Assembly (NCBI RefSeq): GCF_963921235.1 | Contig: NC_086101.1 | Span: 21,638,001-21,702,000 of the forward strand | Direction of reading: 5' to 3' | DNA from: Mobula hypostoma | Taxonomy: Eukaryota | DNA length: 64,000 bases | Shown here: one piece after another, positions 25,101 through 37,367 of the stretch | How the letters are laid out: every line of letters begins with the position of its first letter | How positions within the stretch are numbered: position 1 is the first letter of the stretch | Notes under the pieces: generated by a model | What the model saw: only the letters and a program-made list of their open reading frames with translations | Told to the model about the DNA's origin: nothing | Databases searched by the model: none | Program-made: the position numbers and the translations under genes

Positions 25101-27276
25101 AGAATTTCTCGTGTTTGTGTTTTTAAATTCACAAGTTCAGCTGCTCTTTGTAACCTTCGACGCACAGTGCCCTCCGGCTCCCCCCACAGGCCGGAGGAGC
25201 TCATTACATACAATGCTCAATATCTGGGAACAAGACACAGGTTGGAGTCTGATAAAGAGGTTACGAGGTTTATATGTAAAATACTGGATACCCAGATGCT
25301 TCAGATTCCAGCATCTATAGTCCCTCACATCTCCAAAGTGTACCCAGGGGTTGGGTGAGCAGTAAGGTATGTTTGGATGGAGGCAGGGATCAAGTAACAG
25401 CGGACATTTCACAACATTTCAAAATTTCAAGAACCCAGTCTCTAACTTCTTATGTCAAATGATAAGGACAGATGATGAAAACAGTCCACACATTCCTTTC
25501 ATTGTAGTTATTATTTACAGTCAGCTGCTTACATTTTGCTGTGGGACAGCATCGTACAGCTGGAAGGGTCAGTCACTGTCAGTCTCTTTATTTATTTATT
25601 GAAATACAGCATCGAAAAGGTCCTTCGAGCCATGATGCTCAGCAAACCCCGATTAACCCTAACCTAATCAGTAGACAATTTACAATGACCAATTAAACTA
25701 CTAATTGAAACGTCTTGTCTTTGGACTGTGGGGGGAAACTGGACACACAGCCCAGGGAACCATCCACGATCACCGAATGATTCCTTACCTTCAGCTGCCG
25801 GATCGCAGTCTCCCCTTCCCACTTACTCCGAACACTCTGATTCATTCGCTCTTGCAGAAGTTTCAGGGACTCTTCCAACTTTTCCTGAAAGTCAGAAGAT
25901 GCAGACGAACATCTGAGAAAGGACCCTTCCAAATCTGCTGACTGAAGTGGTGGTGGGGGGGGGGGAAGAGGACTGGGGGGGGTAATCCCTGATCCCATGG
26001 GGGAAATAGAATCATTCTTTCATACCTTCCCACCAGTCATGGTCACCTCCCCTTCACCCTTCATCTCCCAATCCCTCTCTCTCATTCCCTTCCTCAATAT
26101 TGTCCTTACCCCACTCTGCCTCCCCACCATGCTGCATTTCCCCATTCTCCCCACCTCCCTCCTGTTGGATCGTCTCCAATCTGATTCTATTTGTCTTCTT
26201 TCTACAACTGCTTCACCTCGACCTCTCCCCTCCACACCTCCCAATTCTGCCCGATAAAGTTCAAAGTAAATATATTATCCAAGTGTTTGTATATCTTATG
26301 TTAGCATGAGATTGATTTTCTCAGAAGCATTTACAGGAAAATAAATATATAAATAGAGTTTATGAAAACCTATACGAGTCCATTGGATGTGGAATCAGTT
26401 CAGTGTTGAGCTGAGTGAAGTTATCCACAGTCCCTTGCAGCCTCTCAGCTGTCAGACATCCCTCATCTACATTCCTCTTTCCGCCTCTCCCCCTCCCCAT
26501 TCCTTCCTTTACCCTTGACCTTTTCGTCCTTCCCTTTCTCTTGCCATATTCTCTGATTTTCTTCCCGTTCAAAACCTCTTTCTTCGTTCTCAAACATCTC
26601 TATTAACCTTGCCTTCCCCGCCCTCCCCTCACCCACGTCCCAATGTTGTCAGTCCCTTTCTTTCACACCCTGGCTGCTTCATTTCTGAACCGAGCATTCC
26701 CTTATCTCTTGCTCTGTGCCTATCGTCTGTCTTCCTCCCCGACCTTCATCGCCCTCTCTCTGCGCTCTCCACCCCTCAAAGTTTCCCTTCTCCGTCTCCC
26801 TGTACTTTCAGCATTTCCCCACCCGCCCCTCTCCCCGACCGCACGGCGGTGAGTTCAGGCGGGCGATCTCGCACCTTGTGCCCCTGGGCTGCCTCCTTTA
26901 TCGGGATGACATTGTGCATCTTGTGCTTCGCAGACAGGCCACACACCAGGCAGATCATCTCCTGTTCCTCCTGGCAGAACAGTTTCAGCTTCTCGTCGTG
27001 CTCCCGGCAGACAAACTCCTCCTTCTGCTCGGGCGCCCCCACCCTCAGCTGGTTGACCTTCTCCGCGATGTTTCTTAGGGTATAAGCGGGCCTGGTGTTC
27101 CTCTGGGCGAACACCTGCCGGCACTGAGGGCAGGAGACATCCCCCGAGACCCTCTCCCAAACCTGAGAGATGCACGCTGCACAAAAGTGATGTCCGCACT
27201 CCAGAGAGACCGGATCGGTGAACACCTCCAGACAGACGGGACACGTTAAATCCTGGACCAGGTTTGCAGAAGCCAT
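15628..27276 (-). CDS. TRIM gene B, complete RING/B-box2/coiled-coil/PRY-SPRY E3 ligase (TRIM39/A33-like class IV), 465 aa
   Basis: complement(join(15628..16151,17672..17790,21779..21801,23485..23718,25789..25884,26875..27276)) = 1398 nt, frame open, all GT-AG; model spans an N gap in intron 4. Confidence 0.9.
17672..17790 (-). CDS. Gene B exon 5 (119 nt, linker 2)
   Basis: ACAG|G acceptor, CCAG|GTACCT donor; ELPVSSPGVVSVDLPEDVAEGRLRYLKVWKEMRAVVSP conserved in C and D. Confidence 0.88.
18612..18745. other. Assembly gap (134 N)
   Basis: N run. Confidence 1.
18858..21725 (-). mobile_element. hAT Buster/Charlie-type DNA transposon, internally deleted, in gene B intron 4
   Basis: Termini CACAGTTTCTCAAC and CAGCCTTTTTTAAC; decayed 8-bp NNNTANNN TSD (TGTTAGAA/CATTAAAG); BED finger, WLSRG, NQLNKSLQG and FWISVKEEYP..ILLQFST remnants; empty site in copy D (~33846). 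Confidence 0.87.
20311..20976 (-). mobile_element. Non-autonomous Rex1-like retroposon nested in the hAT
   Basis: Absent from the gene C hAT copy (~50150); minus strand starts GAAGATGGCGG and ends AATAAA...(TAATC)n. Confidence 0.6.
21779..21801 (-). CDS. Gene B exon 4 (23 nt)
   Basis: CCTCAG|GATATGCAAGTCCTTTTGAGAAG|GTGAGT; the hallmark 23-nt TRIM micro-exon. Confidence 0.88.
23119..23198. repeat. 36-bp tandem duplication in gene B intron 3
   Basis: CCCCATGGTATTTATCTGGGCTCAATCAATCCTCAC x2; single copy in gene C (~48050-48085). Confidence 0.9.
23485..23718 (-). CDS. Gene B exon 3 (234 nt, coiled coil)
   Basis: CCAG|GAC...AAG|GTACAG; EIRAEFEKMHQFLRERQQ...DDPHGLLK. Confidence 0.92.
25789..25884 (-). 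CDS. Gene B exon 2 (96 nt, coiled coil)
   Basis: TTTCAG|GAA...AAG|GTAAGG; EKLEESLKLLQERM... Confidence 0.92.
26875..27276 (-). CDS. Gene B exon 1 (RING + B-box2)
   Basis: AAGATGG Kozak; C3HC4 RING and B-box2; AAG|GTGCGA donor. Confidence 0.93.
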
Positions 27277-27301
27277 CTTGGTCCTCTCTCCCCTACTAGG
27301 A

Positions 27302-27360
27302 ACTTTCAGTTTCAATTCTGAGTAAGTGTTGCACTTCCTGTTTTTGACCCCGTGTGACCT
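27302..27360 (-). promoter_or_regulatory. Gene B proximal promoter: DR4, ETS and ISRE motifs
   Basis: AGGTCA cacg GGGTCA (27345-27360), ACAGGAAGT (27333-27341), GAAACTGAAAGT (27302-27313). Confidence 0.6.
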
Positions 27361-28044
27361 CTGAGAGGCTGCAGTCGTGGAATTGCTGTTGGTTTATTCT
27401 GTCACAAGTCCCGAGCCTGTCTTGCAGACTCTTCACACAGATCAGACCATTACACTGTGTATAGAGGTAGAGAATAACAGAATGCAGAATGAAGTGTAAC
27501 AGCTACAGAGAAAGTGCAGAGCAGGTCAGCAATAAGGTGCAGGGTCATAACGAGGTAGATCGTGAACTCAAGGGGTTGTTCTCACGTCTCTCTGCAGATG
27601 CTCGGTAGAGATTATTCGAACACGTTGGTATGAACGGTATGGACACTCCACTGCGGCGTGCGGGAGACTCTGTAACGGTTTGTCAAAACTACCCATCGGC
27701 AACAGCCTACTCGCCATCAGGGATTTACATAAATAAAGGGGCTGGAAGTATCTTCAAGGATCCTACCCAAACTGGTCATGAGGGAGGGGGCTGCGTAGCA
27801 TCTACGCCAGGAACACCGGGCTCAGAAACAGTTACTTTCCGCAAGCAGTGAGGCTGACCAACACCTCCACCCATTTACCCACACCACATCTTCCCCCACC
27901 CCAACACCACTACTTTACCATTTCCTGCCAGTCACCTCATGTGAAGATACTCCTGTGCCGAGCGTCACTTTCAATCTATGTGTGTGTGAGCTATCGTTAG
28001 TATTTATATTTATTATTTTTTTGAAAAAAATCTCTGTCTTATTG

Positions 28045-28230
28045 GAGGTGTCGGTGGTGTAGTGGTATCAGCAAAAGGACTTCGGAACGAGAGGTCCCGG
28101 GCTCCAATCCGGCCGGTGCCTGGCACGCTTTCCATCGGTGCCGGGTTGAGCGTCGAGCTGGTAACTCGATCTCGAAACACAGCCAAACGCTGAAGAAACG
28201 GCGAGGTCACAGTCCGATGCGCCAAACAGG
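28045..28230 (+). mobile_element. tRNA-derived SINE
   Basis: A box TGGTGTAGTGG, degenerate B box GGCTCCAATCC, CpG-rich body. Confidence 0.6.
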
Positions 28231-28419
28231 ACGCAGGGAGGAACCTGACCTTTGTTTACCTTATTATTTTTCAGTGATACATCAAACCCAGAGTAACAAT
28301 TATTTTGTTCCCTTTTACATCTATGTACTGGAAACAACATAAACTACCTTGAATCTTATCATACCTGCGAGCCCGTTAATAATCTTATAACTGTGGCACA
28401 GAAGCTGGAATTAAGCCTG

Positions 28420-30890
28420 GTGGTACAGCACGTGCTTTCAGACTGCAGACATGGAATTGCTGTTGGTTTCTTATTGTCACATGTACTGAGATACAGAGAA
28501 AACTTTGTCTTGCATACTCCTCATACAGATCACATCATTACAGTGCACATAAAGTTCAACAGTTACAGAGAAACAATAAGGTGCAAGGTAGATTGTGAGG
28601 TCAGGTGTCTATGCTACCTAACCAATGAAGCAGTTAATATTAACCATGGTATTGAAGCTGTCCTTGAGCCTGTGGTAGGTGCTTTCAGGCTTTTGTATTT
28701 TTGGTCCCATGGGAGGGAGGAGTCCTCTCTTGCTGGAAGAATGGAGGAGATTTCATAGTATTTCACAAAATGGGAAAAAACTGGACTTGAAACATTATTA
28801 ACTGAAAAGATTCTCCCTGTAAAGGTTAGTCACCTGTCTCTGCCTGACTCCTGTACCTTTCACTCCAGCATCCCGAATATCTACTTGACTGATACCAGGA
28901 TGAAGTTGGTTGTCTCAGGACAAAGTGTGCTGGAGACTTGGGGAATTAAAAAAAAAACAACTGCAGGACACTGGAGAACTGAAATTATAATGGAAAATGC
29001 AGGAAACACTCAGCAGGTCAGGCAGCATCTGTGGAGAGAGAAACAGTCTGCTCAGCTTGACAAATTGTTTCTATTTATCTTGTGCTCTCTAGTTTTTAGT
29101 GTAGAAGAGGGAGAGGGATTGGGTTGGAATTGGCTTATTTTTCTCACATGTATTGAGGTGCAGTGAAAAGTGTGACCTGCATACTGTTCAAACAGATTAA
29201 ATCATTACCGAGTGCATCGAGGTAGAACAACGTAAAACAGATACAACTACAAGGAATATGCAATGCAGGTAGAAAATAAAGTACAAGATCATAACATCTA
29301 TCCCAGGCATGGACTGATTGTCACAAACCAAGCTCCACGACAGGAGGACACCTCACCCCAGACCCGCCGTCACATGCTGGTGTTTCTGTCTGCCCTTTGT
29401 GCTGTGTGGAACAACCAAAAGAATTCTAACTGACTCCCAGGCCACTCACACAGGATTGTCACTGGCATGGAGAGAAGTCTGTGGGTAGGTGGTTGTTGGT
29501 GGTGCCCAGAGATCAGTGCTCGCAGACCTGCATGGAGTTGGGGACTGGCATTGATGTTCTCCTCTTGTTGGAGGAATGTGAGGTTGGGAGCATAGAGACG
29601 GTGGGAAGGAAACCCAGACCTTAGAGTGCGGGTGTCTGAAGATATCGGTGAGTTGTTGAACTGGAGGAGATTACAAGATAGTGAGGGGGTGATGTTGTGG
29701 GTAGGATCTGAAAACAAGGTTGGTGAAACACTTCCAATCTAGGGGGCAGTGTAGCTTGGTGAGAGTGGAGATGACAACACTGTTGTTGTGGACATGATCG
29801 TCCCGTAACTCTGGAGTCAGATGTTGTGTTTGCAGGTGTTGTCACTGAGTAGATGAGACACGGGGGTGGGGGGGGTCTTGGCAGGGGTATCAGAGACAAG
29901 GAGTGTATATGGTGGGGGTTGGGGTAAGAAGACATTGAACTCTGTAGTCTTAGACTCACCCTTAGAAGTGTTCAGACCCCCACCCCACCTGTTTTACAGG
30001 CTCCACACCTTCAGGTACATTACCTGTGCAATACAATGTTCATCAGCTCATTATCTTCTCCATGCATCCACTGACATCTGGAGTGTTTCATATTGGGATT
30101 TGAAATTCTGGAGATACTGGGAATTGGGGAGTACCTTCTCAACATCTATTGTCCAATTGCCCACCTTCTGATCTGTACACAGTGAACACTCCCCATCCTC
30201 AGCTCCAACACAATAGGTAATTTGGGAAAGATACCTGTACTGTGGAGGGATAAGGCAGCCTGGTGAGGGTTTTAGAAACACAGACTGCAAAAAAGTTATT
30301 GGGAAATCTTTGGGTACAATGAAGTGGGGGAAGGGGTAGTGGTGAATAATTCAAATGTGAAAGAGAAAATGATCTAGAAAAGTGATACTGGAAAGGTGTC
30401 TTCATTGGGGGGAAAATCAAGAACAAGGGAGAAATCCCTCTGGGTGGAGAGGGCCAGCAACTTCAAATTCCTGTGTGTTAATGTATGAGATGACTTATTC
30501 TAGGATCAGCATGTTAAATACAATCACAGTGAAGGTGGGTCAGTGACTTTACTTTATTAGGAGGGTCAGACATCACCAAGCATTTTAAGAAACTTCCAGA
30601 AATGTCCTGTTGACAGTTTCTGTGGTTGCATTATGGTCTGATACAGGTATTTGAACATGCAGGAATGTATGAAGCTGCAGAGTCATGACTCTGTCCAATG
30701 TGTCAAGAACACATCACTCTCCACCTTTGGTAGTATTTACATGAGACACTGCCTCAAGAAGACAACATCTATCGTCAATGATCCGTATCGTCCAGGCCAA
30801 GTCATCTTCTCACAGTCACCATCAGACAGGAGCTACAGAGGTCTGAAATCCCACACCAACAGGTACAAGAACAGCTGCTTCCCTTCAGCA
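28420..30890 (+). repeat. Diverged direct paralog of the 9420-14610 intergenic block
   Basis: e.g. 28771-28880 matches 11160-11260, and 29950-30890 matches 13720-14610. Confidence 0.8.
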
Positions 30891-30959
30891 ATGGTCCCCT
30901 CAGTCAATGGTGAGGCTTCAAGGCATAAAATCGGTTGGGAACCCCTGCCTTAGAAAAAC

Positions 30960-32250
30960 ACACTCAAAATGATGGAGCAACACATCAGGTCAGGCAGCGT
31001 CTATACAGGCAAATGAATTGTCAAGGTTTCCAGTGGAGTTGCTTTATCAGAACTGTGATATCCAGGGGTGAGTTACAGACTGGAATCTTATCAATGGGTT
31101 CAGGGTGGGTTATATATAGAATAGTGGACCCCTGGCGTAGGCTGCAGGCTGGGATCTAATCTCAGGGTTCAGGGTGTTTTCTATATAAGATAATGGATAT
31201 CCAGGATTGAGCTACAGACTGGGAAGTAATCAAGGGGTTCAGCTGGCATCCATATAAATCTGTCATAGTGAAGTCTGGCATTAACTGAACCCAAGTCCAA
31301 AGCAATGACAGAGTCCAATGTAGAGACGGAAACAAGAGATCATACATGGGAATTCCAACAGAATATCTGTGGCTTGACTGAGTGACCCCACAAGATGAAA
31401 CAATCTCTAAACGAGGATCCCTTAAATAATCACAGGATGCAGCAAGTCCATACTGGTCAAAATCAACTTAACATGATTAAACAGAAAACACCAGAGATTA
31501 ACCACTCTCGTTAAGAGAATAATTTACAAATTCAGCTGCTGTTTGTAACCTTCAGAGCACAGTGCTCTCCGGCTCCTCAGACAGGCCGGAGGAGCTCATT
31601 ACATAAAAGGCTGGATATCTGGGTGCGAGTAACACAACTGGAGTCTAATAAATATTAGAGATTCAGATGGTTTATATATAGAATACAAGATATCCAGATA
31701 CTACAGATTCCAGCATATACACTGTCTTGCATGTCCAAAGAATACCCAGAGGTTGGGTGAGCAGTAAGGTATGTATGTATGGTTGCTTGGATGGAGGTTT
31801 GAACCAAGTGACACTGGACATTTTACAACATACAGAACCCAGTCTCCAACTTCTCATGTCAAACAATGAGGTCAGGTGATGAAAACAGTCCAACCTTCTA
31901 TGCACTATCAATTACTCCAAAAGACTGGAAGTAGTGTAAATACTGAAAGGCTTTTATTAACAGTAAAATGGGTCCTCGTCCATGCTGTATGTCTGTCCTG
32001 GACTGAGAGAGGAGCAGTGGCACAATTGCCTTTATTCAGGGGTCTGTGGGAGGAGCCACAGGGGCAGTCAGCAGAGGGGCGTGTCCAGACAGGTAACCCA
32101 GTTACAACCTATGTACATGGTTTACCACACATTTCTTTCATTGTGGTTATTATTTACAGTCAGCTGCTTACATTTTGCTGTGAGACAGCATCGTACAGCT
32201 GGAAAGGACCTGTCACTGTCAGTCTTTTTATTGTCTGATTGAAATACAGT
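30960..32250 (-). repeat. Isolated TRIM intron-2 paralog without exons
   Basis: Collinear with gene B 24420-25610; stops ~180 nt before the position of exon 2. Confidence 0.8.
31899..32129 (-). mobile_element. Short solo LTR (~230 bp)
   Basis: Absent at paralogous 25490; minus strand starts TGTGGTAAACC, contains AATAAAAGCC, ends ...GATAGTGCATA; degenerate CATTC-like TSD. Confidence 0.65.
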
Positions 32251-32499
32251 GCAGAATGAAGAGAGAAGGTTTGGCGTGTGGCTGGTTGACCAGTGGCACT
32301 ATCGCAGTAAGCAGGTTGTTAGTTCAATTCTGGTCTCCGGCAAAGATCCTTGCATTCCCAAGAATCACCTGCAAATGGCTGATTTACTAATCTGAGTAGA
32401 TACAAAGTACTGGACTCCCTGTCAGTGGAAATTCAGGTATTGACCCCAAAACATTTACTTATTTACTGTCAGACCTGGTCATACCCACACTGCATTCTG

Positions 32500-33222
32500 T
32501 GGGGTTTTTTTCTCTGTTAGTACATGGAGCTAGTGCACGGAGGATGGATTTGGAGGTACTGGCATGTTCCTTGAGTGAGATGTTGGAAATTTGGGAGATC
32601 TCCAGTCTCCTTAGTAACTATACCTGGGCAAAGTGCTTTGAGCTGCAGCTCCTTAGAGACTGTCTTAGGGAACTGGAGCTGCAGCTCATGACCTCCATAT
32701 CATGGGAAAATGAGGAGCTGCGGGGAGGTACTCACCCTTTAGTTAGAGCAGACAGATATCTGGGTGAGTGTCAGTGGAGGTAGAGTAATCAGGCAGCCAG
32801 TGCAAGTTTTCCTGTGGCCGTTCCCCTCGATAAAAAGTATACGGCTTTAGATGCTATTAGAGGGAATGACCAATGTGGGAAGCTGCAGTTCTGTGGGTCA
32901 GGAGGGAAGTGGGGAGAAGACGAGTACAGTTGTGATAGGGGTCTCCATAGTTGGCGGAGCGGAAAGCAGATTCTGTGGACATGAAAGAGACACCCTGGTG
33001 GAATGTTGTCTCCCAGGAACTCGGGTCAGCGATGTGGTGGATCAGTTCCACAAAGTTCTGAAGTGGGAAGGTGACATCCAGAGCTTTTGGTGTGTATTGG
33101 TACAAACCAAAAAGCAGGAAAAGAGAGGATGTTCTGAAGTGAGAATATAGAGAGTTAGGTAGAAAGATGAAAAGCAGGAGCTCCAGGACAGTAATCTCTG
33201 CATGTGCTGGGTGAGAGGTCCC
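32500..33222 (+). mobile_element. Degenerate CR1 ORF1 fragment at the 5' break of copy D
   Basis: KCFELQLLRDCLRELELQL and VVIGVSIV...CCLPGTRVSDV (SGNH esterase-like) remnants. Confidence 0.7.
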
Positions 33223-36200
33223 TTAATAATGGATGCCATCTTTTTGATGCATTGCCTTTTCAGAATGTCTTCAGTGTTGGGGAAGGGAGTGCTGTGAGAG
33301 AGCTGCCTGAGTTTTCAGCCCTCTGCATCTTTTACTGATCCTAGAAAGTGACCCTCCTCACAACAATTGAAACAGAACTTGTACAGGGAAAGAATATAGT
33401 TAAAGCAAAGTCCATTTCAATACAAGAGTTCAAAGTGGTCACAGTGATACTAAACTGTAGTGAATGGATTTTGCTGATGGCTTAAGGAACTGAATGGTTG
33501 AAGGGAAGTAGCTGTTCAAACAGTTCAATTCTTGAGAAGAGAAGAGGATTTAGAGAAGTCACCCTCAGAGTGAAGGGTCTTGCAATGGAACATTATTTAA
33601 ATTCAGTCCTCAAAAGCTAATTCAGGCAAAGATGGAAAAAAGGAAAACAATCACATGTTTCTGAGTCTTTCCTCTGGCTGAGTGTTTAGCCTTTGTACTC
33701 CAGCCCTCACTGTGAATCCTTCCAGAGATTTTCAGCTACTGTGTCTCTCAATTCTATTCTCTCTCTTTCCCCTCAGGATATTCAAGCCCTTTTGAAGAGG
33801 TAAGTAAATTTTAACTGAAATTCTGAGACCAGGTTGCTGTTGTGTCTCTAATGTATATTGGCAGTTGATTTATTATTGTTACATGAAACTTCATTTTGCA
33901 TGTTTTCTGTACAGGTTATTGCTTTACAGCAGTGTAAGAATTTTGCACAATACTGACTTGTCAATGTGGAATGGAGAGCGAGTTTGTAAACCTCTGTTGG
34001 GAATGGAGAGGGTGGAGAACAATGGGAGGGTGTGGGACAGTTGGCAGAGAAGGAGTCCGCTGGCAGTGAGTGGCATAGGTGTAGACACAACCAGCCCTGA
34101 GACACCAAGCAAGGTCATTTGATTTCAAACAATGGTTTATTGATCATTACAGAATGTCTTTCTGGTGCTTCTAGATCCCTCTCCTCTCCCTTCCCCTTTT
34201 CCCAACCAGGATTTCCCTCTCCCTGTCACCTTCCCACTCTCAGTCCACAATAGAAACCCATATCAGAATCAGGTTTATCATCACTGACATATGGCATGAA
34301 ATTTGTTTATTCTTTTGTGTCGGCAGTACAGTGTAATATATAAAATTACTACAATACTGTGCAAATGTCTTCGGCACGCTAACTATATACAGTAAATGTG
34401 CCGAAAACTGCTGCACAGTATTGTATTACAATGGAAAACAACAACAGAATGCAGAATGAAGTGTTACAGTTACAGAGAGAGTGCAGTGCAGACAGACAAT
34501 AAGCTGCAAGCCCATGACGAGGTAGATGGACGGAGAGGTCTTCAGTCCATTATATCGTACAAGCGACTGTTCAATAGTCTTATAACAGCAGGATAGAAAC
34601 TCTCCCTGAGCCTGGTGGTGAGCTTTGATGATTTTGTACCTTCTCCCAGATGGGAGGGGTGGGGAGAAGAGAGAGTGTACAGGGTGGGTGGGGTTTCTGA
34701 CGATGTTGGCTGCTTTACTGAGGCAGTGAGAAGTGCAGACAGAGTCTTTGGTAATGTGTGTCACTAATTCCTGTCCCTGACCTTGTAGGTGTGAGCTGCC
34801 GGTTTCCAGTCCTGGAGTGGTGTCTGTCGATCTTCCTGAGGATGTGGCTGAAGGAAGGTTGAGGTATCTCAAAGTGTGGAAGGAAATGAGAGCCGTGGTT
34901 TCACCAGGTACCTTTCTCTTTCTCTGTAATTCCCCTTCTCCCCACTGCCCCGCCGCCTTCTCCCCTGTAATACCTGATACTCCAAGGCTCCAGATCCACA
35001 CTCTGCATTTATCAGTTACCATCCCTCATCAGGCATTTGTTCAATGTGTGCAACATTTCTGCTTCAAACACCCACATTCCGACATAAGCAATGTCCTGAA
35101 ATGTTTCCTGACCCTCCCCAAGAACCCCCGCCTGCTGCCCCCATATGGAACAGCCTTGTTGAGACTGTTTCCCTCCCCGCCATCGCTGATCCATTGACTG
35201 GAACACTCATTTTAGGGACACCTCCTCTTTACCATTTTGTGTTGCTCCACTGTTTACCCCTCAGAGGCAGGTTACACCTGAGCCCACTGTAACTCCCAGG
35301 CAGTGTTTCCTCAGACAATCCACTGGTTGTCCCTTGTGGTGCAGCCCAGTGAAAACCTTCAGGACATTTGAAGCCCAACTCAGCACATCCATCACATTTA
35401 TCAGCCAACACTGGAGCATGCAAACATCGTCACTGATCCACACACACAATCATGGATGATCATCAGTCTCAATACCTTGGTCCTGCTCTCTCCTAATAGA
35501 CCATAAGACATAGGAGCAGAATAAGGCCACTCGGCCCATCAGGTCTGTTCCACCATCCCTCATCTCTCAGATTACCCCCGATACATTTCATATCTAGAGA
35601 TTGATCCACCTCCATCCTTCATAAATTCTGTGACTTAAACAGAACTGGCTTCTGTGAAAAGAGAATTCCTGAGGTTCATCTCCCTCCGAGGGAAGAAATT
35701 TCTCCTCCTCTCAAATCCGAAGGCTTTGTCCCTTATTCTGACACTAACCTGTAGTTTCAAGTAGTGATACCCTCTGATATGTGGTGTTGAATTTGCCACA
35801 AATCAACTTGTAAGTACAGATCGTTGTTACAACCTAAAACATCAATTCACAGTTTTTCCACACTCTTTCCACAGTTCCAACCTGATCTGATGATTCCAGA
35901 ATTCTCTGTTCTTATTTCAAATTTCCAGCATCAGCATTTTTCGATTTTTATTTGAGCACAGATTTTGTCACCCAGTCCTGGTTATTCACAGAGTCGTGGA
36001 GTTCTACTGTATAGAAGCAAGCCTTCAGCCCACTCTGGCCATCTACTGTACACTAATCCCACATGCCCACATTCGACTCATATCCCTCAGTGCCTGGCCT
36101 TTTCACATGTCTGTCTAAATGTCTCTTAAACCTGGCAGTTGTATCTGATCCCACCACTTCCTCTGGGAGAATGTTCCAGATAGCAAGCACTCTCTGTGTA

Positions 36201-36659
36201 AAGCACTTACCCCCACAGATCACCTTTAAATCTCCATCCTCTCCCCTTAAACCTCCACCCTCTTGTTTTTGATCGCTCTACCATGGGAAATGCTGCCTGT
36301 ACTGATACATTTCTGTTTTGGGTTCACACCTCCAGCATCTGCAGTTGAAATAATAAAATTCCACTCAGTCCTGGCCCTTCACGTGCTGCTGTGTCACTGG
36401 GAATGGAGCTGTCATGGCTTGTCCTGTTTAGCTTTTAAAAAGAGCACTGCAGCCACATAAAACATCATAGAATACAGTCAGCTGGGCAGAGAAATGGGAT
36501 TGAACTGCCCTGTAACAAATAACTCACTGTGACATTGTACAGTGTTAAATAGGACAGAGGGAGCAGTGGGGATTGAAATCTCCTCCAGGGTCTCCACACT
36601 TCCTGGGCTGAGGGAGGAGACGATGGTCATCACTGTCAGCTCAGATCCTGGCAGTTCCA

Positions 36660-37328
36660 AGCAACACACACAAAATGCTGGAGGAACTCAGCAGGCCTGG
36701 CACCATCAAGGGAGAAAAGTACAGTTGACGTTTCGGGCTGAGAACTTTCGACAGGACTGGAGAAAAAATAGACGAGGAGTAGATTTAAAAGGCGGTGGAG
36801 GGGAGAGAGAAACACAAGGTGATAGGTGAAACCTGGAGAGGGAGGGATGAATTAAATAGCTGGGAAGTTGATTGGTGAAAGAGATACCGGGCTGGGGAGG
36901 GGTGACCGATAGGAGAGGACAGAAGGCCATGGAAGAAAGAAAAGGCGGAGGAGCACCGGGGTGGGGGGGGTGATGGGCAGGCAAGGAGATAAGTTGAGAG
37001 GGGGAAAAGGGGATGAGGAATGGTGAAGGAGAGGGTTGGGGTGCATTACTGGAAGTTTGAGAAATCAATGTTCATGCCATCAGGTTGGAGTTACCCAGAC
37101 TGAATATAAGGTGTTGTTCCTCCAGCCAGAGTGTGGTCTCATCGAGACAGTCGAGGGAGAACCACTGGGTGATCCCACTTCTTCTAGCGGATGGAGCCCA
37201 TGTGCGCAGTGTAATGGTCTCCCAATCTACGTCAGGTCTCACTGATATACAGGAGACCACATGGGGAGCACTGGACACGGTGTATAAACCCAACAGACTC
37301 ACAGGTGAAGTGTCATCTCAGCTGGAAG
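36660..37328 (-). mobile_element. Penelope-like element 3' fragment (GIY-YIG end)
   Basis: LEEQHLIFSLG motif; TSD GTTCCA; same insertion in gene C (58503-59158); empty site in gene B (~16186). Confidence 0.8.
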
Positions 37329-37367
37329 GTTCCATCTGGTTTTCTCACTGTAACTGTTTTGTTTCAG

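Noticed and set aside
27277-27315. 13-aa N-terminal extension of gene B
   Set aside because: Starts at TTG, overlaps the promoter motif and is not conserved in A or C.
37085-37367. Long N-terminal extensions of the PRY-SPRY ORFs (also 58876-59197 and 16152-16302)
   Set aside because: Intronic or Penelope-derived, different between paralogs, and upstream of a conserved acceptor.
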